Positions 12,602 through 24,352 of a DNA stretch of 64,000 bases are shown here, in pieces (position 1 is the stretch's first letter; the number at the start of each line of letters is the position of its first letter). The stretch is from Podarcis pityusensis (taxonomy: Eukaryota), in assembly GCA_964106645.2 (NCBI GenBank), contig OZ067045.1; one strand, given 5' to 3'. The translations under genes were made by a program, and so were the position numbers. The notes below the pieces were generated by a model. It saw only the letters and a program-made list of their open reading frames with translations, was not told the DNA's origin and searched no databases.

Positions 12602-14192
12602 GGAAGGGTATATTATACAAGAGGTTTTATATTCCTGCGCAATACATTTACGGGACCAAAGCCATGAACAGCCCCATTCCCTCACTCTGCCTGCAAACAT
12701 CCTTCTTCAAACTGAAACATGCATTTGTAAGCTGGGGTGAATGAATCTGTTGATTTTGGTTTCTCTCCATTTTTCCTGTTGGACTTCCAAATCAGTTTGC
12801 TGTTGTTGTTTTTTTTTTAAGTCCTCATGTAAATCCACCAGCATTTCAGTGCAAATTTCTCCCTTTCTGTACAAAACGTTACCTGATGCAATTATTTCTA
12901 TATTCTATTTTCATGAATATATGCATTTTGGGGGCCCGCTTGCCCCTAACAGATGCAATTTTTGCACACATTATTTGGCATCACAAAATCTGAGGAAGTG
13001 CAGATTTTGAAGGACGACTGTGTTTCAGTTAACACACCATTTTGGAAGGTGTGAAATCACACCCAATTTCTCCCATCCCATGAATACCCATCTCTTCATA
13101 CCGCCCTGGTGTGAATACATCTGAACAAGACTCACACCATATATAAAAAAAGCACACAACCATTCATCTACAGAAACACCACACACTAGGGGTAGATCCT
13201 GCATCCAGAGACTGTCCGGGATGATGGTGGTTCTACTGTGTTCCGTTTACAAGGTTTTGTACAAAGCTATGACGCAATTCCATGACCTTCTGTTCCATCT
13301 CTCAGCTGACCCTGTGCTGTTATTATTATTATGTCCACACAAAACTTCCCTAGTCCATGGAGATGCCAATGGGCTCAATGTACTTGCTGGCTGGCTGGGC
13401 TTCAATTAGGGGTTGGCAACCTCAAGTCCAAGAGCTTCGTACAAACTCCCAGGTTTCTCTGTATGGCTCCACTGACCCTCCCAGCCACACCCCCATCTTC
13501 CCAGGCCACACCCACACCAATGCTTCCTTGCATTCCTTTAGTGTTTTTGCCTGGCTGTACTGTGTCCTTGAACTCAAATGGCTCTTGCTTGCCTGGACGG
13601 AGGATGGAAAGGGGTATGTGAATGTGTCTATCAGCTAGTCTATTGTACAAATGTAACACTCACATTCATTGATCCACCTGCTTTTGCCTCTGGCCCCGCC
13701 CACCCAGGCACATGACCCCAGGTAGGAGTTCATGAAGGGAATGCAGACCCCAGACTGAACAGGATTTCCCTACGCCTGGTCTTTTTGAAGGGCCCAAGCA
13801 TTTCCCCCCTCTCTTTCTCCCTCTTTTCCTCCAAGATTTGAGATTGCGCCTAGATCAGAACCTAGGCATGGTGAGAACTTGAAGGTGTCCCAAGAACGCG
13901 ATCCCAGAAGCTGTGTTGCTATTGCAGGGGGTGGGGAACTGCCTCCCAATTTTTTTGTGTCTCGGTGACCCATAAGGTGACTGGGGCATGTCCAAGTGGA
14001 CAGCTGTGGAGTTTGTGTTGGGTATCGGAGAGGGAAGAGGAAAGCTAAGCCATTGGCGGAGGTGGATATTCTCGGTTCCTTGCCACCTGGCTCGTTCTTT
14101 TCTGCAACCTGGTTGTTGGATGGCAGACCTGGGGGAAGCTGATACAGGGAGCTCAGAGTAGAAAATGTCTCTCTCACCCCTTCTGCTAGCAG

Positions 14193-15168
14193 CTAACTGT
14201 AGAATACTGGCTTGCGCTGGATGCGCACGACGTTGTATGTGTTCAGACCCGGAGCATCGAAGCCAGGGGACAAGCCCTTGCGATCAAAAGGGTAGAAATT
14301 GAAGAGCTGCCCATCCTGGGTCTCCAGGGACACGGAGGCAGAGCCTAAGTGCAGGGTGCATGGGAATTCCTTATCAAACACCACCTGGAAGACGCGGTCC
14401 TCAAGGTGATGCAGCTTGATGGTCCGATAATTCTCCGGGATCAGCTCCTCAATGTGCGGCCCAAACTGCTGCATGACCAGCACTCCGCCACCCCCAACCT
14501 TGATCTCATAGAAAGTCAGGTTGGAATAGGTGTAGTAGCCAACATAAGGGGTAGGGCTTGGGGGAGGGTTGAGGCTCTTCTCTGCCTCGCGAAAGGCGGA
14601 CTCCATGGCGGGGATCAGGTACTCGTAGGTCTGAGCTACGACGTCTCCTCGAGGGCGGGGACCAGCCATCAGCACAATGAAGCTCAGGCGGAGCTTGGGG
14701 ACCAGGGAGAAGGTGGCCGAATAGCCGTCCAGGTCACCGTCCTTCCTAATGATGTCATAGCCCAGTTGCTCGTTGATCTCCCAGGGCGTGCCGGTCTTGT
14801 TGGCAAAGTATTCGCTGGAGCACTTGAAGAGGGGCGTCAGCATGGTCTTCACGGTGTCAGGCTCCAGGAGACGTCGGTGGTACGTGCCCAGGAAGACCAT
14901 GGCCAGTTTGGCCAGGTCAGCAGCTGTGGAGTACATCTGCCCAGAAGGTCTGTACCAGCCCAGGTCATAGAGGGGTGCTGTCTGCCCGCTGCTGTAGAAA
15001 CCCACGGCCATCTGAGAGCGGATGGGAGGCGTGATGTCAAAGCCCGTGTCCTCCATCCCCAAGCGGTCAAGGATGTTCTCAGAAACCCAGCGCTGGTACT
15101 CGCCTTCTGCAGCGTGTTCAGCTAGGACGTGGGCCATTAACGAGAAAGCCAAGTTGCTATAATGACAT
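14193..15168 (-). CDS. LACTBL1: LACTBL1 last coding exon (976 nt; YSN and KDG motifs, stop TAG)
   Basis: Acceptor ctctcttctcAG at 15170-15169. Corresponds to ORF 14193..15152 (319 aa) with class C/PBP-like segments ILDRLGMEDTGF, PSGQMYSTAADLAK and KDGDLDGYSA. Confidence 0.96.
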
Positions 15169-18100
15169 CTGAGAAGAGAGAAAGAAAGATAGAAAGGAGC
15201 AAACCTTTTTCCAGGGTGCCCACTGAGTTTGACCTGAAATACTTGATGCAGTCATCCCACCTGCATCACAGAGACATAGATAAAGAATGTCAACTGGAAC
15301 TTACCATGGTGCTAATGCATCTTCTTATTCTATTAATGCAAATTTTACAGAGATGGGCGAAATGGATTATTTGGTGCTGTCTTACTAAAAGACCCAGGAA
15401 GACCTTTCTAAGTCGTATTTGGCTTATATATTGGCTGGCAGGGGCAAAATAAATAATGGGATCTGCACTGTTGCAAAGATTCTGTTTCCGTTTGGGTCAG
15501 TCATGCCATTTAATTTCTACGGATCTTTTCTGAGTAGGACTATCACTGCAGATAACTCTACGCATGTTTACTCATTTTATGCTATAAATTATATGATTTC
15601 CGTGTTTTGCACATAACGAAGTTTGCACTGAGATTCCTGCATTTCAGGGGGTTGGACTAAATGACCCTCAGACCCTTTCCAACTCTACAATTCTATCATT
15701 GAATGAACTGGAATTTGAGGATGAATGAAAAGTTGCCAAAAAGAGCAACACTCCACGATCTCTGTATGCTTCCAAAAATCTCACTCAAAAAGAATATCAG
15801 TACAATGGTATGCACAATCACATAGGAAGCTGTTCATCTCACTCAGTATGCCTACACTGACTGGCAGCAGCTCTCCAGGATTTCAGACCAGGAGTCTACT
15901 TGGAGATCGACATGGATAGAACCTTCTGTGTGAAAAATGGGAGTTCTACTAAGCTACACCACTTCCCCAAAGGATGTAGATAGATACACATCAGAAGGAC
16001 AACATGGTAGGGAAATGCTTTTCATTCCATCCTCCCCACACTCTCATAACTGCCTACCGAATGGATACTGCTGAAGGAGTCTGAATTGTAGCCAGATCCA
16101 TTGTGAGATTAAACACTTACAAAAAATATCTTAGGAGAGGACAGGAGAGGAAAGGGATCAGCTAAGCTGCTTTGACGATTTCTCACAGCTGAAGCAAGTA
16201 CATCACCATTTGGTGTCAAAGCCAGAACTGCAGTGTTTATCGTGGATCAGCTCCTTGAGCCTATCCAGCAATACACAAAACCTTGGTTGCAGGCTACTCC
16301 ATTTCAGCCCTTCAACCGGACTAGTAAACTAGAAAGCTGTCACAGTGAGAAACCAGGTTTTGTTTTACACCTGTACAAATCCAGGTAAAATAAGATCATT
16401 GTCTCACTGTTTGAAGCCTTAAAACAGGTGTGGGGAGAATTTTCAATGGTTGCATTCCTTTGTATGCAGCCATCTGGGATCCTGAGGCCAGTGGTGAGCT
16501 GGGCCAGAGGCAAAAGTGAGTAGGGCAATCAATATGACACTTACCTTTATACAGTAGACTATATTGCAACCAAACAAAGGTCAGCAATTTCTACACCTAC
16601 ACACATCTCTCCTTCCGCCATCCAGGTGAACAAGAGATGTTGTAACAGTTCAAGGGCACATTCCAGTCAGCCAAATGCACTCAAGGAGGGCTGGAGAGGG
16701 GTGTGACCCAAGGAGGGGGCATGGAACATGGAGACCCTCAGGGACCAGATAAATAGGCTTGGAGGACTGCATACCCTCGCCGGAAATGTGATTGGAGAAT
16801 GCTGGGTAGGGTACGATCATTCCAGCTTTCCCCTGTGTTCTCCTTATATGGTGTTGCAATTAGTAACTGCAACAGTTTGGAAACAGTCTATCTGGCTTGA
16901 GCTACAAATCAGCACCAATTGTAACAACCCATTCAGCTCTGTAGTGGTTTGTATCTGCTTCAACCAGATCCAGACAGGGCACAAATCAGCCCAATTTGGT
17001 TCAGTTTGGCCAAACATGGTGCAAAGTCCTAGGGCATTCTCACCTGGTTCCTGGGTCAGCCACCAGGACATCATCTTTCAACAGTGCCAATGCTTCTTGG
17101 GTTGTCCCTTTCCACAACAAAGTGGTTGAGCGCAGCCGTCGGGGCAAACCTGCAGTACCCAAGACATGAAAGAGAAGTCACTCATACTATCTACTGATGT
17201 CAGTTGGGAAAGAGGTGTGCGATAGGCTCTCACTTGCCAGATCTAGGTGGTTTAGAGCAAGGGGGAGTGGATTTCAGGCTTGGAAAACCAGAGCCAGTAG
17301 ATACAAACTATAGGGAGGGGTGATGGGAGTTTTAGTCCAACAGCTCTCATGTCTCAGCCTGAGGATTCCTCATCAGAGGATGACTCGGAAGCCCTGGAAT
17401 AGCACCAAGCTTTGGATCAGGCTCAGTTTGAAGATGAGGAACCAGGATCTTTGCATGAGACTATTTGGGGTTGGGCATCTGCACCACGGGAGAGATTGGC
17501 TGCTGAAAGTGAGGCTGAACAAGTCCTGAGCCCACGGGAGAGATGGGGCCTTTTATGAGACTGACAGAAAACCCATTCCATCCAGAGAGGTGTCTGGCTG
17601 CAGACAAGAACCCCTCAGGAATCAAGTCTTCACAAAAGCAGGATCCTTCTCCCAAGGAGACTTCTGGAAAAAGACAAGCTTATAGGCATCTAATGAGGTC
17701 ATGGTGTGGCTCCATCTCAAAGGCCTCGGTGCCATGCTGGGATTGCTGATCAAACAATGTCTGACAGGTTCTCTCCACACATACAATCCCTCACCTGAGA
17801 GCTGGCTGGCCATTCTGCGCAAAGTCACCGGGGACGGCTTGAGGGGCAGAGATCCCTTCTCCAGGAAGATCAGTCCATCCGCTGAGTATCTCTGCTCCGA
17901 CTCTTTGAGCCGCCCTAGGGGGTTCTTAATGGTGAAGCTCTGGGCATAACGTTCTAAAGGGTCGTCAAGTGATGTCACCTTCCCTTCCTCCCATAGCTTG
18001 TACAACATGATGGTGGGGAAGATCTTGGAGACACTTGCAATCCTACCAGGCACAAACATACCATACATAATCAGCTGGAGCATGCAAACAGGACACCCTC

Positions 18101-21100
18101 CAGACATGGTTGGATTTCAGGTCTAATCAGACCCAGGCCAGAACATAGGAAGCTAGCTTCTACCAAGTCAGATCTTTGGTTCACTTAGTTCAACATTGCC
18201 TGTACCGGTGTTTCCCAAACTTGGGTCTCCAGCTGTTTTTGGACTACAACTCCCATAATTCCTGGCTAGCAAGACCAGTGGTCTGAGATTATGGGAACTG
18301 TAGTCCAAAAACAGCTGGATATCCAAGTATGGGAAACATTGGTCTATACCAACTGGCAGAGGCTCTTCAGGGTTTCAGACAGGGAATCTTTCCAAGGCCT
18401 ACTTGGAGATGGTAGGAATTGAATCTGAGACCTTCTGCATGCAAAGCACATGCTAAACCACTGAGCTACATCCCACAGGCAATAGTCAGGTATGATGGGA
18501 ATTGTAGCCCAATAATAGATATGTAGGCTACCCTAGGCTGTGTTAGCTACCAAAGGACTTCCCATGGAAAGCTTCCTTTTCTTGGAAACATTCCACAGCA
18601 AAGGATTTCCCTCACACCTCCTCCCCATGGACGCCATTTGCTGGAAATGGAACCCCTTCTTCATAAGTGTCATTGAGCCACATAGTCCAAGAACGTAGAC
18701 GGGAGGATCGGTGTAGTTCAGAAATGAATATACTGACCGGTCGTGGGTTTCTTGGGTTGCAGGCAGAGGTCTTTCTCAGAGAAGACACTGCACACAGAAA
18801 TGTGCAGGCCGTTGAGACAAGAGACTCAGGCTGTTCACTTCACCTGTCCAGCTGGAGTGAGCAGCAGGCTCACCTGTAAATGGTGTATTCATTGGGGATG
18901 CCAGAGAAAGCGTCGGAGCCGTTGCGTTTCCCAAAGTTTCCTGTCCATAGTACTGTGTCGTTGTAGATGACGATGGCTGACAGAGCTGGCAGGCCAGGGC
19001 TCCGGATTTTGTGACGGAGAAGCGTGTCTACCTGCAGGAGATTTGAGAAGGGTAAAGAATGGAGAATCAGAGGCCTTCATCACCATCACCACCACCACCA
19101 CCACCACCACCACCATCATCATCTCTCTCTCTCTTTCTCTCTCTCTCATATATTTCTTTGCTTCTTATGGTGGGATATTTTTGGATTACCCATCTATAAA
19201 CGCTAGATAATCACTAAGGCTGCAATGAATTTTCACCGCCATGAGAAACGCTCCCTGAGAAAACCTGAACTGTTCCTTTTCCACTGCTGTTCCTTTATTG
19301 CTTCTGCTTTCTGCTGGGTGCCATTCCCTCTGCCCAACTCTCTGCATGATAAGAGATCAAACAAAGATTGTGATAACGTCAGCCTGTTCTGTTTGGGTGA
19401 TGATGCCAGAGAGCTAAGCCCGGGCCGGTCAGTACTTCCTGCCTACACTCTGAACAGCCCCAAAACGTAGCCAATCAGACAAAACCGCAATGCTAAATCG
19501 AAAGCGAGGCTTCCTACTTAAACTCTGAATGGCCGGCGATGGAGTTGTGCTATTGGTTGATATCACGAAGCCAGCTCAGAGGATGGCAGGGCTTCCCCCA
19601 CTCGCTCTGAACTTTCTTTCTTTAACCCAATGTGTATACCCCTTAACTCGATGAAAGATCCCCCTAAGTAGTTTACAAAGGGCAACCTAAAAAAGGAAAA
19701 TCCATTAAGAAAGGCCAATAAAAACAAGAGGAAGTTAACGCAGCAAATACAAATAAAACCAGCTCTCTTAAAACCACTACACTTCATAAAACCGCAAAGT
19801 TGCATGATAAAAATTACATGCCTGGATAGACTTTGCTGAAATGAAAAAAAGCTAAGCCTCCACCCTCCATAAGCCTCACCAAAACGTACCTTTTCAAGGG
19901 CATCCTTCAGTATTGGGATTGGGTGGTCCAAAGGCACGGGGTCTGGGTAACGGGGACACATCTGTACCGCTTCTGGCCTGACCTCCATCACTGATGGGGC
20001 TATGAACAGAAACAGAGACAGAGTGGTGGGAATGCCCATGGTTCAGGTAGGGGTGCTTGAGGAATTTGAGAGGCAGTGTGGTGTAGTGGTTAGAGTATCA
20101 AACTAGGACTTGGGAGACCAGGGTTCAAATTTCCACTCAGCCATGAGGCTCACTGGTTGACCTTGAGCCAGGCACTGTCTCTCAGCCTGCTGACCTCACA
20201 GGATTAAATGGAGACACCTTGAAAGGTGTGACATAAATGCAGTAATAAAGGAACAAACGTTCCAAATCAATAAAATTTGGATTGGCCGTCCTCCTTTCTA
20301 CCGTCTTCCTATCAAACAGGGCCAATGGAGCTTCCAAGGGGAAAACAAACACACCCATGGAAAACCTGGAAGCTGATGCATATAGGCCCCAACTTTTGGA
20401 TCTTTGGCGATTATTCCTGCATCGAAGGGGGTTGGACTAGATGACCTTTGGGGGAATCCCTTCAAACTCTATGATTCTATGATTCCCCCACCCTTTTAAA
20501 TGGACACCACTCTCTTCTATCTTGGCTGTTACTGAGTGAGAGGTTGTTGGGAGCTTAAGCTGCCTGTGCATATAAAAATAAAAACCTGCTTATTCGCAAG
20601 CGTAATGATGCTGAATTGTTAGGGGTGCTGCAAAGCCAGGGGAGGCAGCTTAAATGCCAAACAAGGACACTCTCCCCTCCACCCAGCTTTTGTTTCCCTT
20701 CCCTCTGCCTCCTTCACAGCCTCTCCATTGAGCTCAGAACACCAGCTGCGTTCTGAAAACCTCTTTTACCAGCAGCTAATATAACTGGAATGGAAAGGGG
20801 CACGTTGAGAAAGCAGATGTAGAATTACTAATCTATTGACAGCGGCAAGGCTGTCTGCTTCATTGTATTGGGGAAAGATCACTTCCCCAATTAACGGAAT
20901 GGGGCACTGGTATTACGGCTAAGATAGTGTTTCATGGAAAGGTTTGAGACAATAGGCAGAGACATAATAAACATTTTCCTCAATGGTTAATCAGCAGTGG
21001 AGCAGTTCAAATAAAGCGACAAGGAAACATTTGCAATGCATTTCTGTAAGTGTATGAGAAAAGCCCAGATGCTAGATCAGGCCAAAGGCTCATCTAATTC

Positions 21101-21131
21101 AACATTCAGTTCACACAGTGGCCAAGCAGAT

Positions 21132-21167
<36 letters not shown>

Positions 21168-22162
21168 GGATGGGAGCAGCAGCAGAACCTGATTGAAAAA
21201 GCATTCCTTCCCATTTCAGTTTACCAACTGCCTCTGGCAGTTCTGCAGATCAAAAGTGGTCAAATGGGTTTTGCATAAAAATATGTGTTGAAAAAATAGT
21301 TTCTCTCTAGGCACTTTTTTCTCGTTTTATCATAAAAAAATATACATACACTGGATGCTCAGGTTGAGAACGTGATTCATGTGGGATGCACGTTTGCAAC
21401 CCGCAGCGGCGCATCTGTGCATGCGCGGGTTGCGATTCGGCGCTTCTGTGCATGCGCAAAGTGTGATTTAGTGCTTCTGCGCATACACGACAGCCAAAAC
21501 CCGGAAGTAACCCATTCCGGTACTTCCAGGTTTCGGTGGGTCCGTAACCCGAAAAAACGCAACCTGAAGCGTCTGTAACCCAAGGTATGACTGTATATTG
21601 TGTGCATTTTGAGCCAAGGATTGCATCAGGACACTAGAGAAGCATGGAATCTGATCTGCACACTAGTCCAGGAAGTGCAGATCCACACCCTCCAACACTT
21701 CTCTGATGAAAATAGGGACATCCTATTCAACAACAATTTTATTATTTAAACCGCATCCATCTTGCAGAGTTGCCCCAGCCACTCTGGGTGGCTTCCGACA
21801 TACATAAAAAAACATAATAAAACATTCAGCATTAAAATACTTCCCTACACTGGACTGCTTTCAGATGTCTTCTAAAAGTTGCATAGTTACTTATCTCCTC
21901 GGCTCAGGGTGCAGCACTACTCCAGACCTCCCAACATTTCTCGAATAGGGATGTCCCACCATGCCCTCCAACATTTCTTCAATGAAAATAGGAAAAGCAG
22001 GGCATCCTGAGATCAAATTAGAAACTGGGATGGCTTCCATAAATCTGGGACTGTCCCTGGAAAACAGGGACACTTGGAGGGTCTGCAGATCAGGTCAGCT
22101 GATATGAGAATTTGCAAAGACTAAATTCCTTTAAAAATCCCTAGTTGCCTGGTAGAAGTGTG

Positions 22163-22210
<48 letters not shown>

Positions 22211-22479
22211 AAAGAAAACCTGTAAACGGTTCCCCCCTTGCTACTCTGGCCCCCTACACACTCTTCTGGTGAGAAGTGCCATGAAACTCTTTGGCCAGAA
22301 TGGGCTCGTTCAGATGGGCACCTGGTTCAATACTTACTGGGCTCCACTTTGGGAAGGCTATACTGCCAGAGGAAGCAGCTGGTCATGGCAACCGAGAGAA
22401 GGAAGAAGACGACGAGAGCCACATGGATCAACTTCACTTCCATAGCAGAGAGCCGGAAGAGGCTGTGGCCGCCAGAGGC
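14193..22479 (-). CDS. LACTBL1: Lactamase beta-like 1 (serine beta-lactamase/PBP fold); spliced CDS join(22479-22338,19999-19890,19031-18874,18042-17795,17149-17044,15168-14193)
   Basis: All five introns are GT..AG and phase-consistent. The joined translation is open: MEVKLIHVALVVFFLLSVAMTSCFLWQYSLPK...MCPRYPDPVPLDHPIPILKDALEKVD...IYNDTVLWTGNFGKRNGSD...YRIASVSKIF...HYSNLAFSL...IRKDGDLDGY...KPVFYS*. This matches my recollection of vertebrate LACTBL1. Confidence 0.95.
17044..17149 (-). CDS. LACTBL1: LACTBL1 coding exon (106 nt) GLPRRLRSTTLLWKGTTQEALALLKDDVLVADPGTR
   Basis: Bounded by tgcAG and GTgaga; phases match both neighbouring exons. Confidence 0.93.
17319..17770 (+). mobile_element. Degraded LTR-like fragment in a LACTBL1 intron
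   Basis: Acidic then SPRER reading frame similar in style to 44302-44730; boundaries approximate. Confidence 0.3.
17795..18042 (-). CDS. LACTBL1: LACTBL1 coding exon (248 nt) with catalytic SVSK (SxxK)
   Basis: Bounded by ggtAG and GTgagg; encodes RIASVSKIFPTIMLYKLWEEGKVTSLDDPLERY...VTLRRMASQLSG. Confidence 0.95.
18141..18470 (-). mobile_element. Squam3-like tRNA SINE interrupted by a MITE
   Basis: Reverse complement of the SINE at 48134, split at 18206-18341. Confidence 0.75.
18206..18341. mobile_element. Palindromic hAT MITE
   Basis: TIR GTGTTTCCCAAACTTGG / CCAAGTATGGGAAACA; TSD GCCTGTAC / GTCTATAC; same family as 56726-56869. Confidence 0.8.
18874..19031 (-). CDS. LACTBL1: LACTBL1 coding exon (158 nt) VDTLLRHKIRSPGLPALSAIVIYNDTVLWTGNFGKRNGSDAFSGIPNEYTIYR
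   Basis: Bounded by ctcctgcAG and GTgagc; phase-consistent. Confidence 0.94.
19890..19999 (-). CDS. LACTBL1: LACTBL1 coding exon (110 nt) (T)PSVMEVRPEAVQMCPRYPDPVPLDHPIPILKDALEK
   Basis: Bounded by tctgtttctgttcatAG and GTacgt; phase-consistent. Confidence 0.92.
20069..20250 (+). mobile_element. CORE/MIR-like tRNA SINE
   Basis: GGCAGTGTGGTGTAGTGGTTAGAG...GGGTTCAAAT...GACCTTGAGCCAG. Confidence 0.75.
21349..21593. mobile_element. Tigger-like MITE (related subfamily)
   Basis: TA|CACTGGATGCTCAGGTT...AACCCAAGGTATGACTG|TA; CpG-rich internal GCATGCGC repeats. Confidence 0.75.
21684..22085 (-). mobile_element. Composite hAT-like element carrying an L2-like 3' tail (copy A)
   Basis: TIR CACACCCTCCAA / TTGGAGGGTCTG; subterminal CCCTCCAACATTTCT..GAAAATAGG repeats; internal GTTGCCCCAGCCACTCTGGGTGGCTT. 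Confidence 0.65.
22338..22479 (-). CDS. LACTBL1: LACTBL1 exon encoding the hydrophobic N-terminal anchor: ASGGHSLFRLSAMEVKLIHVALVVFFLLSVAMTSCFLWQYSLPKVEP
   Basis: Bounded by cccagcAG and GTaagt. The phase-1 end joins the next exon in frame (A+CC=Thr). ATG at 22443 is in strong Kozak context (GCTATGG). Confidence 0.88.
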
Positions 22480-22834
22480 CTGCTGGGAGCAATGTTCAGG
22501 AGATGTTTAGCAAGGTTTTAGAATCACAGCTGAAACCACGGAACGCTACATGCAGCACAGAAAATTACATTTTAAGGACAGCGGGAAAAGGGCCATAGCT
22601 CAGCGACAGAGCAGAAGGTGCCTGCCACATTTCCTGGCCCTGGCCTGAGATGCTGGAGAGCCACTGGCAGCCAGTGTTGACAATACTGGCCTATATGGAC
22701 CAATGACCTGACTCAGTATAAGACAGCTTTCTATGTTCTTGGGAAGTGTGTGTGCCCTGTAAGGACAACATTTGACCTTTTATATGTTCCCTCTAAAAAT
22801 TGCTTGCTTGGGCAGGGTCCCTTCTTTGTCTATA

Positions 22835-23063
22835 CAGTGGTACCTCAGGTTACATACGCTTCAGGTTACAAACTCTGCTAACCCAGAAATAGTACATTGG
22901 GTGAAGAACTTTGCTTCAGGATGAGAACAGAAATCGTGTGGCAGCGGAGCAGCAGCAGCAGCAGGAGGCCCCATTAGCTAAAGTGGTGCTTCAGGTTAAG
23001 AACAATTTCAGGTTAAGAACAGACCTCCAGAATGAATTAAGTACTTAACCCGAGGTACCACTG
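22835..23063. mobile_element. Tigger-like MITE, copy 2
   Basis: TA-flanked CAGTGGTACCTC...GAGGTACCACTG. Confidence 0.9.
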
Positions 23064-24314
23064 TACAAGGAGGGGGACAAAACTAGAATTCATTTACTCT
23101 GCCTGTCCTTGGCTCTGGCACCTCCTACTGTTGGCCTCCCTGCTTTTCACCCTACCAATCTCAATGGGTATCAGCCAACACTGGCCTTATGAAATGATAC
23201 CTTTTCCGCCAGTGGTGAAATGGCCAACTGTTTCCTACACTCCTCTGATTCTGTTTGACCTTGGAGGCAGAGATGCTTCTGAGTAACGGTTTCTGGGAAT
23301 CCCAGGTGGATGCACAGGTCCTGTTTATGGGGCTCCCATGGAGCCATCTGGTTGGTCACTGCGAGAACTGGAAGCTAGACTAGATGGGCCATGGGTGTGA
23401 TCCAGCAGGGCTCTTCTTATGTTCTCATCTATTCTTTAAATTAAGGGCTCATCCACACCTCCGCTCATCCCATGTGTAGAAAGCACGGGTCTGAGTGGTT
23501 TCCCCCTTGCTCCCTTTCCAAGGGAAAACCCATTCTTTAGTGCCAAATTGGAGCAAACAGCAATCCAGAGGAAACACAAATTGCTGCTTGCTCCCCAGGA
23601 GGAAGCAGCAGGACAAGAGGAAATGTGGGTAAGCTATCATAATAAAAAATTCTCCAAGCCTTTGATACAAAAACAGTTTTGTAAAAAGCAGTAACTTTCA
23701 GTAACATTTCCTAGTTAAAGAAAGTAAGATAAAAACAAAGCAAATTATGCATATCAAAAGTAAAACCAAGCAGTGTAGAAAGCAGGAGTCAGAATTGAGG
23801 AAACTTTGGGAAAACTAAGTTTTAAAGAGGCATTTAAATGGCATTCCTGTCTGCCTCACTGATTGTCTTCAAGGGACAACCCAGTGGTTGCGGAACAACC
23901 AGCAGGGTCTCTTCAGAAGATCTCAAACATCAGCTTAGTCTGTGTTAGGGGAGGTGGTCTTGTAGATATCCTGGTCCAAAATTGTTTCAAGCAGCACCCC
24001 CCTTTCCAAAACATCACAGCTTCAGAGAACGTAATGGACACCCCTAGATTTTGACCATTTTCTTCATCTGTTGGGTTGAGACCCATAAGGGAATTGCTGC
24101 AAGCCCTACGGTGGACCACTTCAACATCATCACATCCCTCCCCCAACTAAATAGCAGTTAACAAGCAAGGGGGAAAGTGAGAAAGATACAAATTTATACC
24201 AGCTCTATAGAATTTTAAGTGGCATAGGATTCCCTCAAGGAACTGGAAATTTTAGTTTAGGGTAGGTGTCAATAATTTTCTGCTGGATTTCTCTCTCCCT
24301 CCCTCCCTCCCATA

Positions 24315-24352
<38 letters not shown>

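Noticed and set aside
14349-15125. 258-aa plus-strand ORF
   Set aside because: Antisense shadow of the GC3-rich LACTBL1 last exon; no recognisable protein.
14193-15152. Bacterial beta-lactamase contamination or recent HGT
   Set aside because: It is the last exon of an intron-containing vertebrate gene embedded in lizard repeats.
19024-19206. Poly-His ORF
   Set aside because: (CAC)n and (CT)n microsatellites in an intron.
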